DNA of 64,000 nucleotides from an uncultured Anaerolineales bacterium (GCA_964497615.1 CAZCEC010000018.1:1176-65175), one strand, 5' to 3'; shown: positions 15,132 through 26,824, counted from the first letter of the stretch. A program made the numbers and translations. Notes: generated from the letters alone by a model not told the origin.

Positions 15132-15854
15132 CTATGCAGAGGCGGTGACGAAACCTTCGAAGAGGCGGCGCATGGCGGGGTCGCCGGGGAGGCACTCGGG
15201 GTGCCATTGGACGGCGAGGGCGAAGGGGTGGCGGGGCAATTCGATGGCTTCGATCAGGCCATCGGGGGCGCGGGCGGCGGCGACGAGACCAGGGGCCAGG
15301 GCGCGGCAGGCCTGGTGGTGGAGGCTGTTGACGGGCACCAACGGAGCGCCGAGCAGGTCCGCCAGGCGGGTGGCCTGGGCTACCTGTACGGCATGGGGGC
15401 GCAGGTCCCAGGGGAGGCCGGGATCGGAATAGGCGTGCGGCTGGGCGCCGGGGTGCTCGCTGGTATCGGCGTAGAGGGTGCCGCCGAGGGCGACGTTGAG
15501 CACCTGGGCCCCGCGGCAGATGCCGAACAAGGGCTTGGCCTCGGCGAGGGCGCGGCGGGCCAGGCGCAGTTCGGCCTCGTCGCGGGCGGGGTCGATGCCC
15601 ACGGCCAGGGGGTGCGGGGGGAGGCCGTAGCGGGCCGGGGCCAGGTCGCCGCCGCCCGAGAGCAGGACTCCATCGGCGCGCTGAAAGACCTCATCCACCG
15701 CCGCCGAGCCCAGCCCGGCAGGCAGGAGCACAGGCGCGCCGCCCGCGCGCTCGACGGCGGCCGTGATCAGGGCCAGGAGGGCGTCGAGGTTGGCGCGGTC
15801 GGGGTCGGCGGGGCCGTGGGCGGTGATGGCGATGAGGGGCAAGCGAGGGCGCAC
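15132..15854 (-). CDS. Class I glutamine amidotransferase, peptidase C26 (gamma-glutamyl-GABA hydrolase-like)
   Basis: LFGICRGAQVLNVALGGTLY (nucleophile Cys), SLHHQA and VQWHPE motifs. I prefer GTG 15854 (VRPRLPLIAITAHG), 4 nt after the stop of the upstream small ORF. The ATG-15947 extension is P/W/S-rich and overlaps that ORF. Confidence 0.75.
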   Translation of the reverse strand: MRPRLPLIAITAHGPADPDRANLDALLALITAAVERAGGAPVLLPAGLGSAAVDEVFQRADGVLLSGGGDLAPARYGLPPHPLAVGIDPARDEAELRLARRALAEAKPLFGICRGAQVLNVALGGTLYADTSEHPGAQPHAYSDPGLPWDLRPHAVQVAQATRLADLLGAPLVPVNSLHHQACRALAPGLVAAARAPDGLIEAIELPRHPFALAVQWHPECLPGDPAMRRLFEGFVTASA

Positions 15855-15858
15855 GCGG

Positions 15859-16077
15859 CTAGAGGGCCAGGGCGGCCAGGAGCCCGCTGGTGGCCACGGG
15901 CTGGGTGAGCAAATAGACGCCAACGCCGACGGCACCCACGCACGCAATGCACAGCACGATGAGCAGGCAGCCGGCGCCGACAGCCCAAACCATGGGGTTG
16001 CGCACGCGGCGGGCGCGGTTGAGCATTTGCTGGCCGCGGTAGCGCAGGGAGTTTACGGAGAAACCTCGCCGATACAT
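15859..16077 (-). CDS. Small membrane protein (72 aa, one TM helix, basic N-terminus)
   Basis: MYRRGFSVNSLRYRGQQMLNRARRVRNPMVWAVGAGCLLIVLCIACVGAVGVGVYLL... Third codon positions are GC-rich and coding-like. TATAAT (16152..16147) lies about 70 nt upstream. Confidence 0.45.
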   Translation of the reverse strand: MYRRGFSVNSLRYRGQQMLNRARRVRNPMVWAVGAGCLLIVLCIACVGAVGVGVYLLTQPVATSGLLAALAL

Positions 16078-16315
16078 GGTTGCGTGCCTTTCTCGCCGGC
16101 CCGCCGCCAGGGCGGTTATCCGGCGCTAGGGGGACGTTCAATCCCTATTATAGGCCCGCGCGGAAGTGACTTTTAGCACTGGCCGGACCCATGATCCCGT
16201 GGCATGATGATTATGGAAGGTTGAGTTGCTTCCACACGCCTCGGCACCGGGGCCAACCCAGCGGCGCAGCCGCCTACCACTGGCGCGGGCCGGGGCATAG
16301 ACAGCGGAGGTTATC

Positions 16316-16549
16316 ATGTCTACGCCCGAACGCGAACCTGTGCACGATCCGCATGCTGATCTGGAGCAGGCCTTTATTCGCGAGTTCCTGCGCGACCAGG
16401 GTTACCTGCCGGAAGAACTGGCGACTCTGCCGGAGGACGAAGCCCACCGGCTCATGGTGGAGGCGTCGAAGTATGCCTCGGCCAAGCTGTGCGCGGTGGA
16501 AGCACGGGCGCACTTCGTAGAAGACGTGCACGGGAGCGGGCCGGCGTAA
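16316..16549 (+). CDS. Small conserved-looking hypothetical protein (77 aa)
   Basis: GGAGG RBS 6 nt upstream. MSTPEREPVHDPHADLEQAFIREFLRDQGYLPEELATLPEDEAHRLMVEASKYASAKLCAVEARAHFVEDVH. No family name recalled. Confidence 0.55.
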   Translation: MSTPEREPVHDPHADLEQAFIREFLRDQGYLPEELATLPEDEAHRLMVEASKYASAKLCAVEARAHFVEDVHGSGPA

Positions 16550-16589
16550 CGCGGAAAGCAAGAGACAGAGAAAGAGAAGAACGAGAGGC

Positions 16590-16629
16590 GCGGGGGCTGG
16601 GGTGAGTGACACGCGTCCCCAGTCCCCGC
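16590..16629. terminator. Bidirectional terminator hairpin between convergent genes
   Basis: gcgggggctgggg-(14 nt)-ccccagtccccgc. The purine/A-rich run upstream becomes a U/C-rich tail for the minus-strand (GRE) transcript. Confidence 0.5.
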
Positions 16630-16636
16630 GCTGGAT

Positions 16637-18892
16637 TTAAGCCAGGGCTTCGGCCAGGATGCGGTCCACGACGAGCTGGCGGAAGGCGGGCGAGAGGCTG
16701 GCGAAGTAGGCGCTGAAGCCGGTGACGCGGACAACCAAATCGGGATACAGGCTGGGGTCCTGGTGCGCGGCCAGGACCTTGGCTTTGTCCATGATGTTGA
16801 GGTTGATCTGGGTGCCGCCCAGGTCGAAGTGGGTGCGGATGAGGCTGGCGACGAGGTCCACGCCGCCCTGCTCGCGGGTGATCAGGGGGTCGAGCTCGAT
16901 TTGCATGGGGGCGGTGTTGCCGTAGCCGGGCTGGACGAGGGCGATGGCGGCGGCCAGGGCGGTGGGGGCGCCGTCGCGGCGGAAGCCAGGCTCCGGGTTG
17001 GAGCCGTGCGAGATGGGGGCGCCCGCGCGGCGGCCGTTGGGGGTGGCGCCCACGTCCTTGCCCATGGGGATGGTGTTGGCCCACGAGAAGAGGCCGGGGA
17101 TGAGTTGGTGGCCGGCGGGGGTGGTCGTGCCGGCGACGAGATCGGAGAACAGGCGGGCCACGCGCACGGCATAGTCGTCGGCCAGAGCGCCGCCGGAGCC
17201 GTAGCGGGGGGTGGAGTGCATGATCAGGCGGGCGCGCTCGCCGGCCACGCCCTCCCAATTGCGATCCAGGTGTCCTTTCAGATCAGCCCAGGTGAGGCGG
17301 CCCTCACGCTCGACGCGCTGTTCAATAGCGGCGAAGGAATCGGCGACGACGGCCAAGGCGGCGCCATCGAGGCCGAGATTGGTGAACTCGACGCCACCGT
17401 GCGAGGCATCCTCGCCGGTCTCAAGCGGGCCGTAGCAGAGCAAGTCCAGGACCAATTCGGGCAGGACCTGATGCATGTGGGCAACGTGCAGGTCCATGCA
17501 GCGGGCGGTGACGGCGATGGCGCGGCGCAGGTGGGTCTCGAAGCGGCGATAAAGCTCGGCCACGGTGGGCGCGATGGACGGATCGGCCAGCAGGTCTTCG
17601 AGGGCCACTTCGAAGATGCGCGCCAGGTTGATCTTGACGCAGTCGTTCATAGTGTATTCGCGGCCTGGGAGGGCCAGCCAGTGGCAGCCAGCGTAGATGC
17701 GCTGGCGGCCCAGCTCGATGGGGAAGCCGCTGCGGGCGAAGCCTTCGGCGGTGCGGTCCACGGCCAGGAACTTGGGGAAGCCGCATTTGTCCTCGAACTG
17801 AATCTCGACGCCGCGGCGCAGGAGGCCGGGGTCCACCTCGCGGCCGACGGCCACGCCGACGTTGGCGGGGATGCGCAGGCGGTGACCGGCCTCCAGGATG
17901 AGGTAGGACAGGCGGCTGGTGACGTCGTGACCATCCGCGGCAGGGCCGCCGAGCTGGATGTAGGCGGTGTCGCGGATGAGGAGGCAGGCCAGGTCGAAGA
18001 TGACGGTCTCGTCGTCGGTGAGGCCAAAGGCCAGGTCGTGGACGTAGTAGGGCTGGAGCAACACATCCAACCGGCCGAGGGAGCCACTGCCGTTGTACAT
18101 GCGGGCGATGGTCTGATACCACAGGATCCACTGGCAGGCTTCGCGGAAGGTGCGGGGCGGGTGGTCCACCAGCCAGTCGTTCATCGCCGCCATCTCGGCC
18201 AGATTGGCGCGGAGGTCCGGATGGGGCTCGGCGGCGGCCAGCACGCGGGCGGCGGTGGCGGTGCGGGCGATCCAATCCTGGATGCCGGTGACGATGGCTT
18301 CCAGGCCGGCGTAGAAATCGGCCTTGGCGGGGCCGTGCTCGGCCGCATAGCGGCGGACCTTTTTCAGGAGGCCGCCCCAGCCCAGGTCGAGGCCGAGGCG
18401 CAGGTCCTGGCAGAAGTGCTGGGCGGCGCCGATGCCGGGGAGGAGCTTGTAGCGGTCGATATCGGCCTGGAACTCGGCGAAGGAGAAGTCCGGGTTCCAA
18501 TGCGGCTTGCGGTAGGACATGAAGTTGGTCATATAGCCGCCGGCCAGGGAGGACATGGGGTCCACATAGGTGGGGTGGAGGCGCAGGAGGCGGCCAAAGT
18601 TTTCGCCGCAGGCGCGCGGGCCGAAGAAGCCGCCGCTGGGGTGGTTGCTGACGATCTCGAAGCCCTCCAACAGGCAGTCTTTGATGGGCATGCCGGAGGC
18701 GCTCATGGTCTGGACGAGGCGGCGGCGGTCGGGCGGGGGCAGGATGAGGGCGTGGTCGTCGTGGTCCATGGCGCCGATGACGCGCTGCTTTTCGGCGGTT
18801 TGTTCAAGCTTGGCGGCGCGCAGGGCATCGAGGCGCTGGGCGGCGCTGACCCTTTGGGCAGCGCTGGGGAGGGCGGGGTGGAGGGCTTCCAT
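16637..18892 (-). CDS. Glycyl-radical enzyme, PFL2/glycerol-dehydratase-like family, with an atypical Cys loop
   Basis: 751 aa. C-terminal glycyl-radical motif VVRVTGFSAYFASL (Gly codon 16720..16718). ATPNGRRAGAPISHGSNP region. Candidate thiyl loop RIYAGCHWLALPG (Cys 17686..17684, His 17683..17681, Trp 17680..17678). Confidence 0.9.
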   Translation of the reverse strand: MEALHPALPSAAQRVSAAQRLDALRAAKLEQTAEKQRVIGAMDHDDHALILPPPDRRRLVQTMSASGMPIKDCLLEGFEIVSNHPSGGFFGPRACGENFGRLLRLHPTYVDPMSSLAGGYMTNFMSYRKPHWNPDFSFAEFQADIDRYKLLPGIGAAQHFCQDLRLGLDLGWGGLLKKVRRYAAEHGPAKADFYAGLEAIVTGIQDWIARTATAARVLAAAEPHPDLRANLAEMAAMNDWLVDHPPRTFREACQWILWYQTIARMYNGSGSLGRLDVLLQPYYVHDLAFGLTDDETVIFDLACLLIRDTAYIQLGGPAADGHDVTSRLSYLILEAGHRLRIPANVGVAVGREVDPGLLRRGVEIQFEDKCGFPKFLAVDRTAEGFARSGFPIELGRQRIYAGCHWLALPGREYTMNDCVKINLARIFEVALEDLLADPSIAPTVAELYRRFETHLRRAIAVTARCMDLHVAHMHQVLPELVLDLLCYGPLETGEDASHGGVEFTNLGLDGAALAVVADSFAAIEQRVEREGRLTWADLKGHLDRNWEGVAGERARLIMHSTPRYGSGGALADDYAVRVARLFSDLVAGTTTPAGHQLIPGLFSWANTIPMGKDVGATPNGRRAGAPISHGSNPEPGFRRDGAPTALAAAIALVQPGYGNTAPMQIELDPLITREQGGVDLVASLIRTHFDLGGTQINLNIMDKAKVLAAHQDPSLYPDLVVRVTGFSAYFASLSPAFRQLVVDRILAEALA

Positions 18893-18907
18893 GGGAGACT
18901 CCTTGGG

Positions 18908-19834
18908 TTAGCGGGCGAGGGCGGGCACGCCCACGGCGCGGGCGGCCTGGACCAGTTCGGCCATGGCGGCTTTGCTGGGCGGGATGAGATGCGCGGCGCG
19001 GTCGTCGAGGCCGAGGCTGGTGTACTTATCGGCGGCGAGGCGGTGGAAGGGGAGCAGTTCCAAGGCCAGGGGCGGCGCACCGGCGGGGCGGGCGGCGCTT
19101 AGCTCGCGCACGAATTCGGCGATGGCCTGAATCTCGGGGACGGTGGCGTTGACGGTGGGCACAACCGGGGTGCGGAAGAGGATGGGCTTGCTGGTGGCGG
19201 CCAGGCGGCGGATGTTGGCGAGAATGCGATGATTGGCGACGCCGGTGGCGGCCTGATGCTGGCGGGAGTCCAGGTGTTTGATATCCACCATGAAGAGGTC
19301 CACGAAGGGCAGGATGGCGCGCAGGTTTTCCCAACGGGTTTGGGTGGTGGTCTCGACGGCGGTGTGCAGGCCAGCGGCGCGGCAGGCCTGGAGCAGGGCC
19401 AGGGTGAAGGCGGGCTGGAGCAAAGGTTCGCCGCCGGAGAGGGTGACGCCCCCGCCGGAGGACTCGTAGAAGGCCCGGTCGCGGAGGACCTCGGCCTTGA
19501 CCTGCTCGACCGTCATCTCGCGGCCGGAGAGCTGGAGAGCCTCGGCGAAGCACTCGGCCACGCAGGCGCCGCAGGTGACGCAGCGGTCGCGGTGGTAGAG
19601 GCGGCCATGGGGGCCAAGCTCCTGGGCGCCATGCTGGCAGGCGCGGACGCAGGCGCCGCAGGCGATGCAGCGGGAGGGGGTGAACTGGACTTCGAGACGG
19701 GGGCGCAGGCCTTCCGGGTTGTGACACCAGAAGCAGCGCAGGGGGCAGCCCTTGAGGAAGACGGTGGTGCGGATGCCGGGGCCGTCGTGGATGGAGAAGC
19801 GCTGGAGGTTGAAGACCAGCCCGCCGGGCATCAT
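18908..19834 (-). CDS. Glycyl-radical enzyme activating protein (radical SAM with two extra ferredoxin-type clusters)
   Basis: CPLRCFWCHNPE (CxxxCxxC), CIACGACVRACQHGA, CVTCGACVAECFAEA and GGVTLSGGEPL. Confidence 0.9.
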   Translation of the reverse strand: MMPGGLVFNLQRFSIHDGPGIRTTVFLKGCPLRCFWCHNPEGLRPRLEVQFTPSRCIACGACVRACQHGAQELGPHGRLYHRDRCVTCGACVAECFAEALQLSGREMTVEQVKAEVLRDRAFYESSGGGVTLSGGEPLLQPAFTLALLQACRAAGLHTAVETTTQTRWENLRAILPFVDLFMVDIKHLDSRQHQAATGVANHRILANIRRLAATSKPILFRTPVVPTVNATVPEIQAIAEFVRELSAARPAGAPPLALELLPFHRLAADKYTSLGLDDRAAHLIPPSKAAMAELVQAARAVGVPALAR

Positions 19835-19840
19835 CGTCGT

Positions 19841-19870
19841 ATCCTAACAATATCCGATTGGTCTTGTCAG
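19841..19870 (-). promoter_or_regulatory. Candidate promoter for leaderless activase/GRE operon
   Basis: Reverse strand reads cTGACA-18-TAGGAT-acgacg-ATG(19834). No SD. Confidence 0.4.
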
Positions 19871-19932
19871 TGATTAATGTCATATGGCGGGGATGAGGAG
19901 GAAGAGGGTCCGAAAAGGCCACAACCTTGGTC

Positions 19933-19968
19933 ACGAATTGAACGAATTGGCACGAATTGGAACGAATG
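19933..19968 (+). promoter_or_regulatory. Four phased direct repeats ACGAAT(T)G at 9-10-10 bp spacing
   Basis: tcACGAATTGaACGAATTGgcACGAATTGgaACGAATGagg. Starts at 19933, 19942, 19952 and 19962. A TATACT -10 candidate (19991..19996) lies 23 nt downstream of the last repeat. Confidence 0.6.
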
Positions 19969-20055
19969 AGGTTGTTTCAGAGAGAGTGTGTATACTCAGG
20001 CGGGGGCAGGGGCGGGCGTATGGGGAGGTTGAGTGGGGTGGAGGAGACCGGAGTG

Positions 20056-20748
20056 ATGGCAATACCGCCGCTGAAACCAGAGACGCTGGAGGCGCTGCGG
20101 CAGTTTGACAGCCCGACGGTATCGAACGCTATCGAGCACTTTCGCGTGCGCGATCCGGTGACGGGGTTCGCGTCGCTGGAGCTGGTGTGCCAGTTCCCGG
20201 AGCGCGGGCCGATGGCGGGGTACGCAGTGACGTGCACGGCCGACAGCAGCACACCCGGCGACACGCGCCCGAGCCGCTTGCAGCAGGTGTGGGACGCGCT
20301 GGAGGCCGCGCCGCAGCCGGCGATCCTGGTGATCCAGTATGCGGGGCCGGACCGGCTGCGGGCGTGCGTGGCGGGCGACATGATCGCGACGGCAGTGCAG
20401 CAGTATGGGGGGCGGGGCATCGTGACGGACGCGGCGGTGCGCGACCGGAGCTGGATCAAGGCCAAGACGACGGACTTCCAGGTGTTCTGCCCGGGGTCGG
20501 TGGTGTCGCACGGATATCCGATCTTTATTGACTTCAACCTGCCGGTGACGATTTGCGGGCTGAGGATCGAGCCAGGGGACCTGCTGCACGGGGACGAGAG
20601 CGGGCTGCTGACGGTGCCGCTGGGGGTGGCGGCGGAGACGCCGGAGCAGGCGCGGGCGGTGCGGGCGCGGGAGAGCGAGTTTTTTGAGTACTTGAAGTCT
20701 GGCGCGTTCAACTTCGCTGGCCTGCGCCAGCGGATGAAGGGGCACTAA
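20056..20748 (+). CDS. RraA-family protein (RraA / HMG-CHA aldolase / oxaloacetate decarboxylase-like)
   Basis: I prefer ATG 20056 (MAIPPLKPETLEALRQFDSPTVSNAIEHF), with a GGAGGAG RBS about 10 nt upstream. The GDMIATAVQQYGGRGIVTDAAVRD region is typical of the family. Confidence 0.75.
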   Translation: MAIPPLKPETLEALRQFDSPTVSNAIEHFRVRDPVTGFASLELVCQFPERGPMAGYAVTCTADSSTPGDTRPSRLQQVWDALEAAPQPAILVIQYAGPDRLRACVAGDMIATAVQQYGGRGIVTDAAVRDRSWIKAKTTDFQVFCPGSVVSHGYPIFIDFNLPVTICGLRIEPGDLLHGDESGLLTVPLGVAAETPEQARAVRARESEFFEYLKSGAFNFAGLRQRMKGH

Positions 20749-20765
20749 CTTAAGAGGGAAACTAT

Positions 20766-22106
20766 ATGTCACACGATCCAGAGAAGATGCATTCCATCGC
20801 CGAGATCATCGAAACGCACGCTGTCCAATTCATCAATCTCCAGTTCACCGACATCATGGGCGTGGTCAAGAGCGTCGGCATCCCGGTCAAGCAATGGGAG
20901 GATGTGCTGGACCACGGGCTGTGGTTCGATGGCTCGTCGGTGCAGGGCTTTGCCCGCATCGCCGAGAGCGACATGCTGCTCCACCCGGACCTGGACACGT
21001 TCGCCGTCATCCCCTGGGACACGGACGTGCCCACGGCGCGCGTGATTTGCGATGTGCACCTGCCCACGGGTGAGCCGTTCAGCGGCGACCCGCGCCAGGT
21101 GCTGCGGCGGGCGGTGGCCGAAGCGGCCAGCCTGGGCTACGAATACTTCACCGGGCCGGAGTTGGAGTTCTTCCTGTTCAAGCCGAATGCCGACGGCGGG
21201 CTGCTGCCGCTGACGCCACACGACCAGGCGGGGTACTTTGACGTGAGCACGGACCAGGCGCACCCGGTGCGGCGGCAGATGGTGACGGCGCTGGCGGCCT
21301 TTGGCATCACGGTGGAGGCCCTGCACCACGAGGTGGCGGTGGGCCAGCACGAGATTGACTTCAAGTATGACCGGGCGCTGCGGACGGCGGACAACGCCGT
21401 GACCCTGCGGCTGACGCTCAAGGCCATCGCCCAGCGGAATGGGTTGTACGCGACCTTTATGCCCAAGCCAGTGGCGGGCATCAACGGCAGCGGGATGCAC
21501 ACGCACCAGAGCCTATGGCAAGAGGGCAAGAACGCCTTCGCCGACGCGGCGGATGAGTATGGCCTGAGCACGTTGGCCAAGCAGTTCATCGCTGGGCAAT
21601 TGAAGCATGCGCGCGCCCTGTCGACCGTCATCGCGCCGCTGGTGAACAGCTACAAGCGGCTGGTGCCGGGGTACGAGGCGCCGGTGTATTTGAGTTGGGC
21701 GCGGACCAATCGCTCGGCGCTGATCCGCATTCCGAAGGTGAGCCCGGGACGGGTGGCGACGGCGACGCGGATCGAGCTGCGCTGCCCGGACCCGAGCGCC
21801 AACCCGTACCTGGCCTTCGCGGTGATGCTGCGGGCCGGGCTGGACGGCATTCGCAACAACCTGCCGGTGCCGGCGGCGAACGAGGAAGACCTGTATCACC
21901 TGGACGAAAGCGCGCTGGCGAAGCTGACGGCGATGCCGGGCTCGCTGGGGGAGGCGATTGAGGAGCTGAAGGGCAGCGCGCTGGTGCGCGAGACGTTTGG
22001 CGACCATCTCTTCGAGCGCTACCTGGAGGGGCGGCGGCAGGAGTGGGACGAGTACCGGCTGAGCGTGAGCGGGTGGGAGCTGGAGCGGTATCTGCCGGTG
22101 TATTAG
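20766..22106 (+). CDS. glnA: Type I glutamine synthetase (446 aa)
   Basis: N-terminal beta-grasp FINLQFTDIMGVVKSVGIP, DGSSVQGF, catalytic region NGSGMHTHQSLW, SYKRLVPGYEAP and NRSALIRIP. Confidence 0.9.
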   Translation: MSHDPEKMHSIAEIIETHAVQFINLQFTDIMGVVKSVGIPVKQWEDVLDHGLWFDGSSVQGFARIAESDMLLHPDLDTFAVIPWDTDVPTARVICDVHLPTGEPFSGDPRQVLRRAVAEAASLGYEYFTGPELEFFLFKPNADGGLLPLTPHDQAGYFDVSTDQAHPVRRQMVTALAAFGITVEALHHEVAVGQHEIDFKYDRALRTADNAVTLRLTLKAIAQRNGLYATFMPKPVAGINGSGMHTHQSLWQEGKNAFADAADEYGLSTLAKQFIAGQLKHARALSTVIAPLVNSYKRLVPGYEAPVYLSWARTNRSALIRIPKVSPGRVATATRIELRCPDPSANPYLAFAVMLRAGLDGIRNNLPVPAANEEDLYHLDESALAKLTAMPGSLGEAIEELKGSALVRETFGDHLFERYLEGRRQEWDEYRLSVSGWELERYLPVY

Positions 22107-22160
22107 AGGCAGAGAAAAAGAACGAGAAAAAGGAAAAACAGACGGGCAGAGAAAAAAGAA

Positions 22161-22200
22161 AGAGCGGTCCGGCAGGCGCCCTCGCCCGCCGGACCGCTCT
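22161..22200. terminator. Bidirectional terminator between glnA and the convergent beta-propeller gene
   Basis: agagcggtccggc-(14 nt)-gccggaccgctct, a perfect 13-bp stem. The A-rich run upstream gives the U-tract for the minus strand; ttgatt lies downstream. Confidence 0.65.
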
Positions 22201-22218
22201 TTGATTCAAGGCGCGAGG

Positions 22219-23181
22219 CTAGACCTGGGCCAGGACGAAGTAGAAGCCGGGGTTCCAGGCCTGGACGACGAGGTACAACTGGTTGTTGTGGATGTGCCAA
22301 ACGACGTTGTGGATGTGGTCGGCCAGCTCGACGCCCAACTCTTCCTTGGGGCGGATGGTGGAGATGACGGCGTAGTTGTCCACGTCCAGGACGTAGATGG
22401 GGGCGGGGCGGCCCGGCTGCGGGTCGTCCAGGCTGCCGATGACGGCGTACCAGTGGTCCTTCCAATTGACGTAGTCGATGCCGCAGGGACGCGAGTCCTC
22501 GGGCATGGAATACGAGGCGACTGACTCGCCGTCGTAGCTGACCATCTCCAGCCGCCAGTTGGAGCGGTCGGCGATGGTGAGGTGGTCGCCGACGGGCGAG
22601 GGGGTGATGCCGTGGGCGGTGCCGAACTTGCCGTGGATGGCGCGGTCCTCGCTGCGGCCGCCGAAGTAGCCGGTCCATTGGCGAGTGGCTGTGTCGGCGT
22701 GCGAGATGAACTGGCCGTGGCCGTAGCCGTCCGCCACGAAGAGCTTGTCGCCCAGCGGGGCGGTGTCGGTGGGGCGGAAGGGCTGGTTCTCGGCTTGCTC
22801 ATACACGTCCCATTCCGGTTTGGGCAAGATGTAGTCCACATCGCCGTCGAGGGTGACGATGGCGACGCGGGCTTCGTCGTTGACGGAGAGGAACAGGCGC
22901 GGCTGGCCGCCCAGGAAGCCCATGCGGGTGCTGTGGAAGTTGGGGGCGGTAAGCTCGGGCGGCAGGGTGATCAGGTCCTGGGAGGTGAGGTCGGCGCTGA
23001 CGCGGAGGAGGCCGAGGCCGGGCATGCCGTAGAAGAGTTCGTTGTGGCCGGGGCGCTTGTCCACGGCGAAGGTGCCGTGCAGTTTGGATTCGAAGGGCAG
23101 GGCCGCCGCGGGCAGACGACGGAAGTCTTCGACGTGTGAGAAGGTGAAGGCCCCCTGCCCGCTGGTCTTGGTGGGTGACAT
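22219..23181 (-). CDS. Hypothetical protein, probably a six-bladed beta-propeller (NHL/SGL-like)
   Basis: I prefer ATG 23181 (MSPTKTSGQGAFTF), with AGGAG 7 nt upstream. The TATAAT at 23233..23228 lies inside the longer ORF-track version. The fold call rests on a periodic hydrophobic/Gly-Asp pattern only and is weak. Confidence 0.5.
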   Translation of the reverse strand: MSPTKTSGQGAFTFSHVEDFRRLPAAALPFESKLHGTFAVDKRPGHNELFYGMPGLGLLRVSADLTSQDLITLPPELTAPNFHSTRMGFLGGQPRLFLSVNDEARVAIVTLDGDVDYILPKPEWDVYEQAENQPFRPTDTAPLGDKLFVADGYGHGQFISHADTATRQWTGYFGGRSEDRAIHGKFGTAHGITPSPVGDHLTIADRSNWRLEMVSYDGESVASYSMPEDSRPCGIDYVNWKDHWYAVIGSLDDPQPGRPAPIYVLDVDNYAVISTIRPKEELGVELADHIHNVVWHIHNNQLYLVVQAWNPGFYFVLAQV

Positions 23182-23227
23182 GCGGTGCTCCTGTGCGCTA
23201 GGACGTGCGTGGGTCGGTTGGCGGGGG

Positions 23228-23233
23228 ATTATA
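23228..23233 (-). promoter_or_regulatory. TATAAT -10 candidate for the beta-propeller gene
   Basis: Reverse strand reads cccgccTATAATcccccgcc, about 45 nt upstream of ATG 23181. Confidence 0.4.
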
Positions 23234-23300
23234 GGCGGGGATGGGGGAGGCGCAAAGTGCGGGTTCAGCAGCAAACGCAGATCCTTGACGCGAGAGCGGG

Positions 23301-24100
23301 CTAGGCGGGCTCAGCGAGAAAGCCGATCACTTCGCGCAGGAACAACTCTGGGGCTGTGTTCATCGCAACATGCTGCTGGCCCGGCAGGACCGCGATCCGG
23401 CTGTTGGGCAGGAGGCCATGGAGCGCCGTGATGGTGTCGGCGTAGAGCGGCGGGCTGTCGCCCCCCAGCAGTAACAGGGTCGGGGCCGTCAGCGCCTGAT
23501 AGCGCTCGGGGGCCAGGATGGGCAGCGCTTCGAGGGCGTGGATTTCTCGCAGGATGGTGTGGGCGGCGGCGACGCGGCCCGGCCAGGACGGCGCGGACCG
23601 CAGCAATTCAAGCTCGTGGGGTGGCAGGCGCGCTACGTGGAGCAAGAAGGTGCTGACGGCGCCGGCGCGGTCGCCAGCCTGAAGCAGGTTCTGCATCGCC
23701 GTCACCGCGCCTGGCGGCAGGCCGCCGGGCACGCCGGGCGGGGGCGGCTCATACAGAATCAACGCGCGGAGGTTGGGCGTGAGGCGGGCCGCCTCCAGCG
23801 CGCAGAACGCGCCAAACGAATGCCCCAGCACATCCACCGGGCCGCCGATTGAGGCGATGACGGCCGCCACATCCTCAAACTCGCGCTGAATGGCATAGGG
23901 CTCGGTGTCACCGCTGGCGCCCCGGCCGCGGCGGTCGAGCGCATACACGGTGGCGCGCTGTTCCAGGGCAGGGAGCACGGGCGCCCAGCGCGAACGGTCG
24001 GCGACGGCCCCATGGACCAGGACCAGCGGCGGGCCGGTCCCACTGCGCTGAACGCCAATGAGGGTGCCATCGGTGGAAGTGACGGTCAGCAAATCCACGT

Positions 24101-24104
<4 letters not shown>
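23301..24104 (-). CDS. Alpha/beta-fold hydrolase
   Basis: [10 protein letters not shown] and the nucleophile elbow LGHSFGAF (GxSxG). Its ATG overlaps the acnA stop (ATGA at 24101..24104). Confidence 0.8.

Positions 24105-26824
<2,720 letters not shown>

Noticed and set aside
15855-15947. ATG 15947 as the start of the glutamine amidotransferase.
   Set aside because: The extension (MRAWVPSALASICSPSPWPPAGSWPPWPSS) looks non-coding-like and overlaps the 72-aa membrane ORF. GTG 15854 lies 4 nt after that ORF's stop. No SD supports either start, so this remains uncertain.
16551-16588. Purine/A-rich runs after plus-strand stop codons (16551..16588 and 22104..22160) sharing CAGAGAAA..ACGAGA. Considered as a possible novel 3' element.
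   Set aside because: They are adequately explained as the A-tract side of bidirectional intrinsic terminators. They supply the U-rich tail for the convergent minus-strand genes (the GRE and the beta-propeller gene).
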